This document shows, in pieces, positions 55,787 through 64,000 of a stretch of DNA of 64,000 nucleotides. Within the stretch, counting starts at the first letter, position 1. Each line of letters starts with the position of its first letter. The notes under the pieces are model-generated. The model was not told the DNA's origin, searched no databases, and saw only the letters and a list, made by a program, of their open reading frames with translations. Source of the DNA: a virus; the IMG/VR virus record IMGVR_UViG_3300037155_000096. One strand, given 5' to 3'. Made by a program: the position numbers and the translations under genes.

Positions 55787-57939
55787 AACGCACTATTCTC
55801 CCTTACTGAAGTGCTTAGCGGAATCGCATATATCGTTAATCGGCCACTGATGCCGCCTCTATTAAGCCCAGCTACTGCGTCCCATACATCTGCAATTAAA
55901 TTTCTTTCTCCGTGAGTCTGCGAGATTATCAAGTCCGCGTCATTAGTGAATACGCTGTCACTTGCATTGATCGTTGGTATCGAATCATACTGAGCCTCGT
56001 TTCCTTCCTGATATACCCTGAGCGTAACGTCCTCTCCCATGTGAGCATCGCAGTCAAAGTCGATTTTGATGAGCTGATAGTCAATGGGTAACTTATTTAC
56101 TCTCAGGATCTGTCTCCCTCTTTTAGAACCGGCTATCAGAGCATCATGCGCACCTGTTGACGGCCATGTCGTTACACCGTTCATACTTCCAAGCTGAATA
56201 GTATTTCCATCCGCATACATTATCATGTAGTCTATCAATGTGCCTGATACGTTAATGCTGATGACTTCTCCGACCACTGCGCCGGGTAGGCTCGTGACAC
56301 TATAACCGCCTGTACCAGGCACCATCTGAACCGTCACGGCTGAGATCACTCCTACATAATCATGAATCATTGTAATTACGCATGCGTAGCTTCTGATGTC
56401 AATATAAGACGATACGATAGGAACTGCATTGGGCGGTATTCCTGCCGAACCAGAGGTAACTGAACCTACGAGCGATGCCCCGACCTGCTGACCTGATATT
56501 AGCGGACGCACCTTGCAGCTATAAGTCGCAGATGCATTAGTCGATATCTGACATGTTTTTCCCGAGAACACCTGAGTCAGGTGATTCGCATTCGCAAAAT
56601 CGGCCACTCCCGAGGTGGTGAAACATGCTTCGTATTTCTCAGCCGCATCCCATCCTGTAATCGCGATATCAAAACCATTCTTGCTCTGGGTAAGAGTCAG
56701 GGCTGCGCCCGCGCTGTCAATATCCGGGAACTTAGCTAAAAATCTTCCTGCCGGCAGCATAATGTAATTTCCAGGGAGTCCGTTTTTTACACCACGTATA
56801 TAAATGTCATACAAAGTCGCTACTTCCAGCTCAAGCCATGTTTCCATTTTCGTATGATCGGTAGCATAGTCGGTGGTTCTCTCCACTCTGTCAGTAATCT
56901 GAGGCACTCCGCCTACTACCGGGACTGCTGCAATCTCATAATGATCTGCATTGAAATGTATCGTCGCAAACTTTGTTCCGGTTATACTTTTCGTCCCGAG
57001 ACTTATCGGATCTCCATTCTCATCTTCCAAAACTAAATCGGTTGTTCCGTGTTCGGTTGCCCCGCTGGTCGTTACTTTTGCAGATAACGTGAAACCGCTT
57101 TCCATATAGTAAACCCATGCGCCCATAAAGGCATCATCCAGAACTTCCACGCCGGTTATCTGAAATAAATCACCTGTCAGGACACCCTGAACAGTTCCCT
57201 CATAACCCCATGCCAGTTTCACCCTCAATCTGTTGGAATATGCCGATACCAAATCTCTTGCTACCAGCAGTCTATTTATATCATCGACATTCACAAGCTT
57301 AGTTCCTATGATACTCGTAACTCTGAAATTAAAAATGTCTACAGGCGGAGTAGGTTTTAGTACTACTTCGACTCCGGTTCCCGCAGGACCGCCTACATAA
57401 AACTTCTTTGCCGAAGTGAACGTATCCGTATTCGGAAGGTGCATCTGACTCCAGATCTCTGCGACCAGACTTGTATTCGTAGTGTGCGGTACCGACCATT
57501 GAATAGCTCCGCTTACTACACTTGCTATTTGCAGGTGAAACACCGTGGACGTATCTGCTGGCATCGTAGCATTTCTTGAAAGGACTCCTGAACAAGTCTT
57601 TCCACTCACAGTAAACGTTGCAAAAATCTTATCTCCGTTTACCGCCGTACCAGATAGTGTCTGCGTAACGACATCAAGGTACATGTTCTTATACAGGATT
57701 CTTCCCGCCTGCGTAACCGTCACGGCTCCGGGGATTGCCAGATCTACACCGACGGACATTCCTCCCAATGCTTTATGGAATATCTCCTTAAACAGACTTT
57801 GACCAGCGTTAATGGCGTACTCGGCATTGTCTGCCGCATCTTTCGCTAGCAAATTGATGAAGGCATCATTTAACGGATCTCCATCAGCCAGTTTGGATAA
57901 CGGATTATGGTACGTATTATTCGGTGTGTAGGTATTCAT
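55783..57939 (-). CDS. Baseplate/fibre attachment protein
   Basis: 718 aa, beta-rich, between the baseplate genes and the giant fibre; 4-nt overlap with the fibre gene. Confidence 0.6.
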   Translation of the reverse strand: MNTYTPNNTYHNPLSKLADGDPLNDAFINLLAKDAADNAEYAINAGQSLFKEIFHKALGGMSVGVDLAIPGAVTVTQAGRILYKNMYLDVVTQTLSGTAVNGDKIFATFTVSGKTCSGVLSRNATMPADTSTVFHLQIASVVSGAIQWSVPHTTNTSLVAEIWSQMHLPNTDTFTSAKKFYVGGPAGTGVEVVLKPTPPVDIFNFRVTSIIGTKLVNVDDINRLLVARDLVSAYSNRLRVKLAWGYEGTVQGVLTGDLFQITGVEVLDDAFMGAWVYYMESGFTLSAKVTTSGATEHGTTDLVLEDENGDPISLGTKSITGTKFATIHFNADHYEIAAVPVVGGVPQITDRVERTTDYATDHTKMETWLELEVATLYDIYIRGVKNGLPGNYIMLPAGRFLAKFPDIDSAGAALTLTQSKNGFDIAITGWDAAEKYEACFTTSGVADFANANHLTQVFSGKTCQISTNASATYSCKVRPLISGQQVGASLVGSVTSGSAGIPPNAVPIVSSYIDIRSYACVITMIHDYVGVISAVTVQMVPGTGGYSVTSLPGAVVGEVISINVSGTLIDYMIMYADGNTIQLGSMNGVTTWPSTGAHDALIAGSKRGRQILRVNKLPIDYQLIKIDFDCDAHMGEDVTLRVYQEGNEAQYDSIPTINASDSVFTNDADLIISQTHGERNLIADVWDAVAGLNRGGISGRLTIYAIPLSTSVRENSAL

Positions 57940-57973
57940 CTCTCAATATTCCTTAGCATTAAATTTCGTTAAA

Positions 57974-58657
57974 TTATAAGAGCCGTGGACGTGTCGTCCT
58001 TAGCGTCTCAAAGGGCACGCTATCAATCAGTATATGTATCGGCGTGATTCTTTTTACTGCTTCTTCAAGCGATTTATTAAATATCGTATCGGTGGAATCA
58101 TATCCCTCCACCTTTATTCTAAGAAGACTTTTAATCTCAGATAACGGACTCAGAAGATGGCTTTCCGCCAATAGATTCGAGCCGGCCTTCATGGGTACTC
58201 CCTCTGACTCCCCATCCATTCCACAAGTAAGTTGAATCAGTGTCGTTCCGAGTATATAATGATCGCCGCACTTGGGCCAGTATTCGTAAATTTCCGTAAT
58301 GTCCGAATTTTTATCGTAACTGCTTATCAGGGTTTGAAAGGCGAGTCGCGTGCCTTTTCTATCAATCCATTTCGAAGCCAACTGAACAAATGCCTTTTGC
58401 TTGTCCATGAAATTTCTATCAACCTGGATATTAAAGTTCTCCGCCATATCCGCTAATTCGCTATCTCTTACCGTGGATCCTCTTTTGGACGCCAGAAGGT
58501 CATCTGCCGCTAGCTTGAACATCGCCTGTGCTTCCGCCATGACATAAATAAACTTCTTCATGTTATCATCAGCCGCATGATGAGCTGGTATCTGAGACAT
58601 CATGGACTGTGCGATTTCTTCCGTACCCTTGCTATAAACAATATCCATCTGTTCCAT
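57974..58657 (-). CDS. Baseplate wedge protein (P2 gpI / T4 gp7-like)
   Basis: QIPAHH..D..KKFIYVMAE, KGTRLAFQTLI and VKRITPIHI patterns; position after baseplate J. Confidence 0.65.
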   Translation of the reverse strand: MEQMDIVYSKGTEEIAQSMMSQIPAHHAADDNMKKFIYVMAEAQAMFKLAADDLLASKRGSTVRDSELADMAENFNIQVDRNFMDKQKAFVQLASKWIDRKGTRLAFQTLISSYDKNSDITEIYEYWPKCGDHYILGTTLIQLTCGMDGESEGVPMKAGSNLLAESHLLSPLSEIKSLLRIKVEGYDSTDTIFNKSLEEAVKRITPIHILIDSVPFETLRTTRPRLL

Positions 58658-59301
58658 TACATCCTCCCCGTAAAATGTATTCCGGTTTCATCCTGACACG
58701 ATTCTTCAATGGTGACCGTCAGACTTGCTTTCTTAGGCGTTCCGTCCATGAAGAACTTCTGATATTCAATCTGGGCATCTTTTACTATGCCCGTAATGAC
58801 GTTGTTCACTTTTCCTACTCTCGATAAGAACTTCATGAGATTCATGGTCTCCGGAAATATTACTCTCACCTGCGGAGGCGGCTCTACGGAGGTATCGGAA
58901 TACTTTGGATAAGTCAATGCCCTCAGCCAGCCCAATGCTCGATCAATGTCTATATTGTAGTTATCAACCTTTTTTATCGTGTCTGCCCCACTGTCCTTGT
59001 AATCGAATGCGTTTGTGTCAGACGGCTGGGGAAGCAATGCATTATTCACCGAGCCAAGAGACTCCCTGAAAAGCGTTATTGCAAAACTTATTGTCCTGCC
59101 GCCACCTGACTGCCACATCTGTAAAGGATGCGAACCACCAGGTGTCTGCTTGCTGTCCCAATTCGTAGAGTTTCCATCAGAGATCGTCTCCGGAAAGAAC
59201 TGAAGGATCATACGATTGACGCCCTCGATGTTTCCCTTGACCATCTTAATCTTGATATTCGCCTTCTGACTTCTGTCCATGAATTCGATTTTGGTCGACA
59301 T
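58657..59301 (-). CDS. Tail-tube-initiator-like protein (CIS tube protein N-terminal type)
   Basis: LQFFPETISD..., GGGRTISFAITLF, PPPQVRVIF, FFMDGTPKKASLTVTIEE. Confidence 0.7.
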   Translation of the reverse strand: MSTKIEFMDRSQKANIKIKMVKGNIEGVNRMILQFFPETISDGNSTNWDSKQTPGGSHPLQMWQSGGGRTISFAITLFRESLGSVNNALLPQPSDTNAFDYKDSGADTIKKVDNYNIDIDRALGWLRALTYPKYSDTSVEPPPQVRVIFPETMNLMKFLSRVGKVNNVITGIVKDAQIEYQKFFMDGTPKKASLTVTIEESCQDETGIHFTGRM

Positions 59302-60053
59302 TACAATACCTCAACCGTAAATACTTCATCCAACGAACCAACCCCCTTACTGATTATATGCTCACTCCTGGCTAACAAAAGATTGCCGTACTCATCGATT
59401 CCACTTTGAGAGTTCTCCACGTAACTGTCGCCACTTGGAAGGTTAATACTTACATTGGCGCTTGAGAGTCCATCTACCAGCTGTATAGCCTCATATATCT
59501 CCGAAAGATATAACGACTGATTGAAATCCCTTCCCCTGACCAGATCAATCATAACCTGCTGAACGTTCCGCCTGACCTCATCCGCCACATAACCTTTTTT
59601 TACCCTGATGATCGCATCTAAACAGCACTCCACAATCATACCCATTCCCGATGTACTCTCATGCGTTACATTTATAAGCCTTCTTTCATCCAGGTATCCC
59701 GATAACTCTTCAAGCAAATCATTTCCAGGGGCTACATAAAAACCGTCCTTATCGTATGTCAATGCATAGACGACAACATGGTTAGCATTGCCAGTCGCGG
59801 AAATTATTCCGCTTACATATGATTTTATCTTTCCCACATCAAAACTTGCGGTCTGCAGGAATGTCTTGATCTCATTTAAGTCAGATTGCATCACCGTTAA
59901 TTTCGCTGCATACATATCCCTGAAATTCTTTAAGGTCGATATGGCTGTATTCATCGCACTTACTGAAGTTGCGGCTCTAAGTTTCAGAGCGGAGATCATC
60001 GCTTGCGCATTATTCATCCTCACCGTGAGTTCTATATTTGTCATAATATTCAT
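59301..60053 (-). CDS. Baseplate J/gp6-like, C-terminal part
   Basis: Helical N-terminus, then RDFNQSLYLSEIYEAIQLVDGL, typical of the J C-terminus. Confidence 0.7.
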   Translation of the reverse strand: MNIMTNIELTVRMNNAQAMISALKLRAATSVSAMNTAISTLKNFRDMYAAKLTVMQSDLNEIKTFLQTASFDVGKIKSYVSGIISATGNANHVVVYALTYDKDGFYVAPGNDLLEELSGYLDERRLINVTHESTSGMGMIVECCLDAIIRVKKGYVADEVRRNVQQVMIDLVRGRDFNQSLYLSEIYEAIQLVDGLSSANVSINLPSGDSYVENSQSGIDEYGNLLLARSEHIISKGVGSLDEVFTVEVL

Positions 60054-61792
60054 TATAATATTGCCTCTGATTGCTGTATGTTCGTAGATACAAGTTTGAG
60101 CGCATTTTCAATGGCTGTCAGCTGATCCCTTGTCGCCTGAACCTCACCCAACGCTGCTGTCATCACATCTATTAACTCTCCATACTGGTTTTCAAAATCA
60201 TTATCCAGAATAATTTCATTTGCCCTGCCATCAATGACAGTCGAGATTGTCGCCACATCATTTATAAAACTTCCGATTATCGTCGCCAATGGTGAACCGT
60301 CATCGAGTCCTCTGATAACCTTAGCCTTGGCTTTGGCTATCCTCCCATAAGCTCCCGAGAATGTCGTAGCCAGCGTATCCCAGTCTTCCTGTGTAACCGC
60401 CCTATCAGAGGTACTGAAAAACTTCGGAGCATTAGCCTTGATCGATTCAAGTGATTCTGCATCTCCGCCACCGACTGCTTCCACTATGTTTGTTACCGTG
60501 AATTTCACCGTTCCTATTCCCCCTGGACCTGCAACTGTATCAACTGCTTTCGTAATTACGTTAGAAGCCACATTACCAGTCTTGCCCACTCCGATCCTCT
60601 TATATACTGTAATGACACTTCCTGCTTCAGGCACCATACCGGTGAGTCCGCTTCCGAAGATAACTGCCGGACTTTCACCGAGATAGTCTACCTCGAATTG
60701 TGCGAGACTTCCGAACTCCAGAGTATCGACCTCCGGCCATTCAGTTTCGCCCACAAACACCTTCACTCCCTTTAACATCCCCTTGCCCTTCGGAATTCCG
60801 CCAAGAATCATTATCTGATTCGATTGTCCCGAGCCTACAAAGGTTTCTACGATGGTCTCTCCCTGAATAACCGCAACATCAGCATAAATATCTTTGAGTA
60901 GCGAGGTCATAACGACATCTGCTGCGGTCTCGAATATAATGCCATTGTCCGTTTTGCATTTCAAACCTTTTGGGAAGGTCACCGTGCCGTGTCCATCACC
61001 GATCTGCTCAGAGAGCGTCACTCTTATTTTAGAACCTGACGCCACCATCGGGGAGGGCTTATAATTCAAATAGCGTGACAAATCTGAAGCGCTTGAAACA
61101 AGTTTTGCGTCCTTCATTCTCAGTTCGTTTGCAATGAAATTCAGATACCAGGTCATTCCCTCCGACTGATATGACAACACCTCTACCAATAACATTCCTA
61201 AATCACTTGTAACGAAATTGTTGAAATCATCACCGAAATTTTTCTTTATCAGACTCATTGCCTCATCAGTATAAGTCCACATATCCTTGGCTAAGAAATT
61301 CTTTCTTAGAAACGAATCTCCTGTCATTCTGGAGGAGTCGCTGATTATGCTTCGGTCTTCATACACCTGCCAGTTTGCTATCTGATAATCAAGGACGCCC
61401 GCCTCTGCATGTGTGCCGTCAAAATCATCTGAGGTCGGAGCAATCGTAAATGTACCTCTGCCCATACCTTCATTTGAAGCACCGCCCACTATGACATACA
61501 CTCCCTTATTAAGTCCGCTGAGCACATGTAATATCTGCCCGATATATTGATCCGCCTCCGAAACTCCATACGTGGCGACTATAAACGAACCGCTCGATAT
61601 ATCCGTGAAGGTTAGTCCCGTGTAACCGTGTCCGCTGGCTACTCCACCACCGAGTCCGAGACATATGTAAGCCTTGTCGCCCTGGAAGCCTTGGTTCTTC
61701 AGGTTACTATGTAAGTTCATGGTAAGTCCGCATAATGCATACACAACCGGAGCCTGAACAAACGTGGTGTCTTCTACTATTGTTAAAATCAT
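60053..61792 (-). CDS. Baseplate J/gp6-like, N-terminal part
   Basis: DFNNFVTSDLGMLLVEVLSY, GGGDAESLESIKANAP, DRAVTQEDW. Confidence 0.8.
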   Translation of the reverse strand: MILTIVEDTTFVQAPVVYALCGLTMNLHSNLKNQGFQGDKAYICLGLGGGVASGHGYTGLTFTDISSGSFIVATYGVSEADQYIGQILHVLSGLNKGVYVIVGGASNEGMGRGTFTIAPTSDDFDGTHAEAGVLDYQIANWQVYEDRSIISDSSRMTGDSFLRKNFLAKDMWTYTDEAMSLIKKNFGDDFNNFVTSDLGMLLVEVLSYQSEGMTWYLNFIANELRMKDAKLVSSASDLSRYLNYKPSPMVASGSKIRVTLSEQIGDGHGTVTFPKGLKCKTDNGIIFETAADVVMTSLLKDIYADVAVIQGETIVETFVGSGQSNQIMILGGIPKGKGMLKGVKVFVGETEWPEVDTLEFGSLAQFEVDYLGESPAVIFGSGLTGMVPEAGSVITVYKRIGVGKTGNVASNVITKAVDTVAGPGGIGTVKFTVTNIVEAVGGGDAESLESIKANAPKFFSTSDRAVTQEDWDTLATTFSGAYGRIAKAKAKVIRGLDDGSPLATIIGSFINDVATISTVIDGRANEIILDNDFENQYGELIDVMTAALGEVQATRDQLTAIENALKLVSTNIQQSEAIL

Positions 61793-62169
61793 TATTTCCT
61801 CGGTAGTGTAAATGTTTCTTCAGTCTGTCCTTTTTCGCCCAGGTACTCGTAGTTAATCGTAACCACGACCTCTCCATCCTCACTTTCGATTACTATATCA
61901 TCTGGCATTACTTTCGCTCTTGGCTCATATTTCTGAATTGCACCAAGAATTTCTGACTTCAATTCGGATTGCAGAAATTCCCCATCATTTTCAAAAATCA
62001 GTTCAAGTATATTCGTTCCAAAATCGGGGCGCATTATTCTCTCCCCTTTCTGGGTAAGCAGAATCTCCCTGATGGACTCACCGATCAAATCAGTATCGAC
62101 ATAAAACGGTGGTATCCCGCTTACGCCTGCATCGAACGTACTTCCAAAACCTTTTATTATACAGTCCAT
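61792..62169 (-). CDS. gp25/GPW-like baseplate wedge subunit
   Basis: SIREILLTQKGERIMRPDFGT...IQKYEPR. Confidence 0.9.
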   Translation of the reverse strand: MDCIIKGFGSTFDAGVSGIPPFYVDTDLIGESIREILLTQKGERIMRPDFGTNILELIFENDGEFLQSELKSEILGAIQKYEPRAKVMPDDIVIESEDGEVVVTINYEYLGEKGQTEETFTLPRK

Positions 62170-62212
62170 GCCCTTACAAAACAGTTTATTTACTTAATGC
62201 AATCAATTTCAC

Positions 62213-62536
62213 TTAACTAATTCTTCCCGCCGAACCCTTTATCGTACCTGTCGCTTTTCCTGGCGCTGACGTACTCCCGGCTTGTGCCGCAGCTGAACCA
62301 GTTGTCGTAACCGCTATGCCCGCTGGGACCGATATGTCCGCTGGATTTACTTCGATCTCCATTGCCGCCGTAACATGTTCAATGACCGCTTTTGCTATCG
62401 CATTGCTATCCGCTTTCAATCTTGCCTTGACAGCTGCTTTAGTCCCTGCATCTTCTACAGCATCTATTTCACTCTGCATAGCTGCAAGTCTGTTGTCCAA
62501 AATCATCGTCGTTAGCTTAGAAACATCGAGAGCCAT
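62213..62536 (-). CDS. Hypothetical baseplate-region protein
   Basis: 107 aa, Ala/Gly/Thr-rich tail, follows the spike gene. Confidence 0.55.
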   Translation of the reverse strand: MALDVSKLTTMILDNRLAAMQSEIDAVEDAGTKAAVKARLKADSNAIAKAVIEHVTAAMEIEVNPADISVPAGIAVTTTGSAAAQAGSTSAPGKATGTIKGSAGRIS

Positions 62537-62540
62537 TTCA

Positions 62541-63338
62541 TTAACCTTCTTTATTCGATAAAAACTTATCTTTCATAGACTTGAACTTCTGAACAAATAC
62601 TGTAAGAGCTGCTGGGAACATTGGAACTGGCGCTGCCATATTGCCTACTCCGATGTTCGCCTTGTTCTCATCTACCCATTGTAGATACTCTTCCCTGACG
62701 ATATACTGACCATTCAGCTTCACTCCGTCCTTAGCCATAATAAACGTATTTCCATTGTTATCTGCAATCTTAATTCCATCTTTATCCGACATATACGCAT
62801 TACCAAATTTGTCTGTGAGCGAAACGCATTCTGCGTCCTTTTTATCATCCAATTTTAACTCATGTCCCTTCGGCGATTTGATGTGCATGAAGTTCAGTTC
62901 ATTATCATCATTCTTCTCCGAAAACAAGATCTCGTAGCCGGTTGTCGTTTTAATTCCCCTTACCGAGGGCTTCTTCGTCTGAACATCCTTAAAGGGGACA
63001 TCAGCATCACCGTTCCAGAATCCTCCATCATAAAACGGTCTGCCATAATCACCATCGATGAAGGTGACAAATACGTATGCGCCCACTTCCGGAGGGAAAA
63101 ACTGCCCCGAGCTATTGCCCACGAAATTACTTTTCGGCGGTATCCATAAATCATAGGGATTGCTGGAATCGTTTGTACTTCCAGGGAAAATCATTCCACA
63201 GAGCTTTACACAACCGGTCTTCATCGGATCTTCATTGTCGGTCACTATACACATATAATGACCATAGTACCTGCCCGTAACATGTCCTAAGCCATATTTT
63301 CCTATCTCACCTACAAACTGTCTAATTAGTTCTAACAT
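62541..63338 (-). CDS. Baseplate assembly protein V / gp5-Vgr OB-fold spike
   Basis: YYGHY.C.VTDNEDP.KTGCVK, FFPPEVGAYVFVTFIDGD..RPFYDG, short beta repeats. Confidence 0.85.
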   Translation of the reverse strand: MLELIRQFVGEIGKYGLGHVTGRYYGHYMCIVTDNEDPMKTGCVKLCGMIFPGSTNDSSNPYDLWIPPKSNFVGNSSGQFFPPEVGAYVFVTFIDGDYGRPFYDGGFWNGDADVPFKDVQTKKPSVRGIKTTTGYEILFSEKNDDNELNFMHIKSPKGHELKLDDKKDAECVSLTDKFGNAYMSDKDGIKIADNNGNTFIMAKDGVKLNGQYIVREEYLQWVDENKANIGVGNMAAPVPMFPAALTVFVQKFKSMKDKFLSNKEG

Positions 63339-64000
63339 GTTTCAAATCCATTTATCGTCAGCTCCATATCGTAACTACCTACTAATGAGTATTTGACTCC
63401 TCTAACAAGATGCGGTCTGTTAGTCAGATCTTCCGAGGGAGACAGGAATCTTGCATTCCATCCATAGGGGAAAATTCCCGGATACATAAGCGTAGTGATC
63501 TTTACTTCGAATGCTCCGACTTTGGTGTCCAGCGGAATCGTTTTCTTTTCATCTACAGCCACATAGGACTGCCCGCTGACTGTGGGCGCCACCCTGGGCA
63601 CTCTGTTCAAGCGTTCATCATAACTTTTTTTCGCTCCACCACCGCCGAGCATATCGTTCTGAATTTCAGGCATCCTCGTGACTTCGTCAATCTTTACTTG
63701 CGCATCTATTTTCTTTCTGTCTGCCGCTAACTGACTGATGGCTATGGCATCATATGAATAATTCAGGATCGGCAGAATAATCGCATCTGACTTGCCGAAC
63801 TTCAGGTTGGCGGGCATAAGTTCTCTATCCACCAACGTCAGCTCCTTATTCGCTTTGTAATTTCCAGACAGACTAAGGTCCATCAGTGTCACTTCCAGTT
63901 TTCCCTTCGGTTTTACCGTGACGTTATATCCGATATTAGCTTTTTTCAGGATGTCTTTGAACCACGCAGACAATGTAGTCGCGACAGGCGTACTCGCTGC
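63332..64000 (-). CDS. Baseplate hub / late control D-like protein (5' end outside the window)
   Basis: The frame stays open to the window edge (…AASTPVATTLSAWF…); position upstream of gpV; C-terminal YDMELTING. Confidence 0.6.
   Translation of the reverse strand, partial: AASTPVATTLSAWFKDILKKANIGYNVTVKPKGKLEVTLMDLSLSGNYKANKELTLVDRELMPANLKFGKSDAIILPILNYSYDAIAISQLAADRKKIDAQVKIDEVTRMPEIQNDMLGGGGAKKSYDERLNRVPRVAPTVSGQSYVAVDEKKTIPLDTKVGAFEVKITTLMYPGIFPYGWNARFLSPSEDLTNRPHLVRGVKYSLVGSYDMELTINGFETC

Larger units (their letters stand above)
33440..64000 (-). mobile_element. Phage/prophage late region: contractile-tail baseplate, fibres and lysis cassette
   Basis: Baseplate V/gp5-like, gp25, baseplate J, giant fibre, holin-like and CHAP endolysin genes, all on the minus strand. 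Confidence 0.9.

Noticed and set aside
57974-64000. Extracellular contractile injection system or T6SS instead of a phage
   Set aside because: Linked lysis cassette, PolX, DUF5131 and many small phage-type genes favour a phage; head genes would lie outside the window, so this is not formally excluded.
1-64000. tRNA, rRNA or structured ncRNA genes
   Set aside because: None recognised by eye; the intergenic gaps are short. tRNAscan-SE or Infernal would be needed to exclude them.

Overview
The window has three parts. (1) 1-~6370 and ~33440-64000 are phage-like. Genes are densely packed on the minus strand and visibly GC-richer (spot counts of 60-nt lines gave 47-53% GC). The left arm carries small accessory genes: a RelA/SpoT-type HD hydrolase, DUF5131, an NDT-like protein and a methyltransferase cut off at the boundary. 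The right arm is a contractile-tail (myovirus-type) late region. In transcription order it runs hub/Vgr-gp25-baseplate J, a 3617-aa tail fibre, further fibre genes, a minimal PolX, a stand-alone GAF protein and a holin/CHAP-endolysin cassette. (2) ~6370-33440 is an AT-rich accessory and defence island (spot counts 23-32% outside the conserved BREX cores). It holds a translationally coupled lipoprotein / catalytically inactive long Argonaute / SIR2 operon, a complete type 1 BREX locus (brxA-like, brxB, brxC, pglX, pglZ, brxL) followed by a ParB-fold + Mrr-type nuclease pair, a MazF toxin-antitoxin module, lipoprotein genes sharing a 43-bp leader, and several gene stumps (integrase C-terminus, helicase N-terminus, RtcB C-terminus). 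No intact integrase, tRNA, rRNA or CRISPR array was seen, so I cannot tell a free phage carrying an island from a rearranged or decaying prophage, or from a chimeric assembly. All family assignments come from motifs read by eye and recalled family knowledge. No database search was run.
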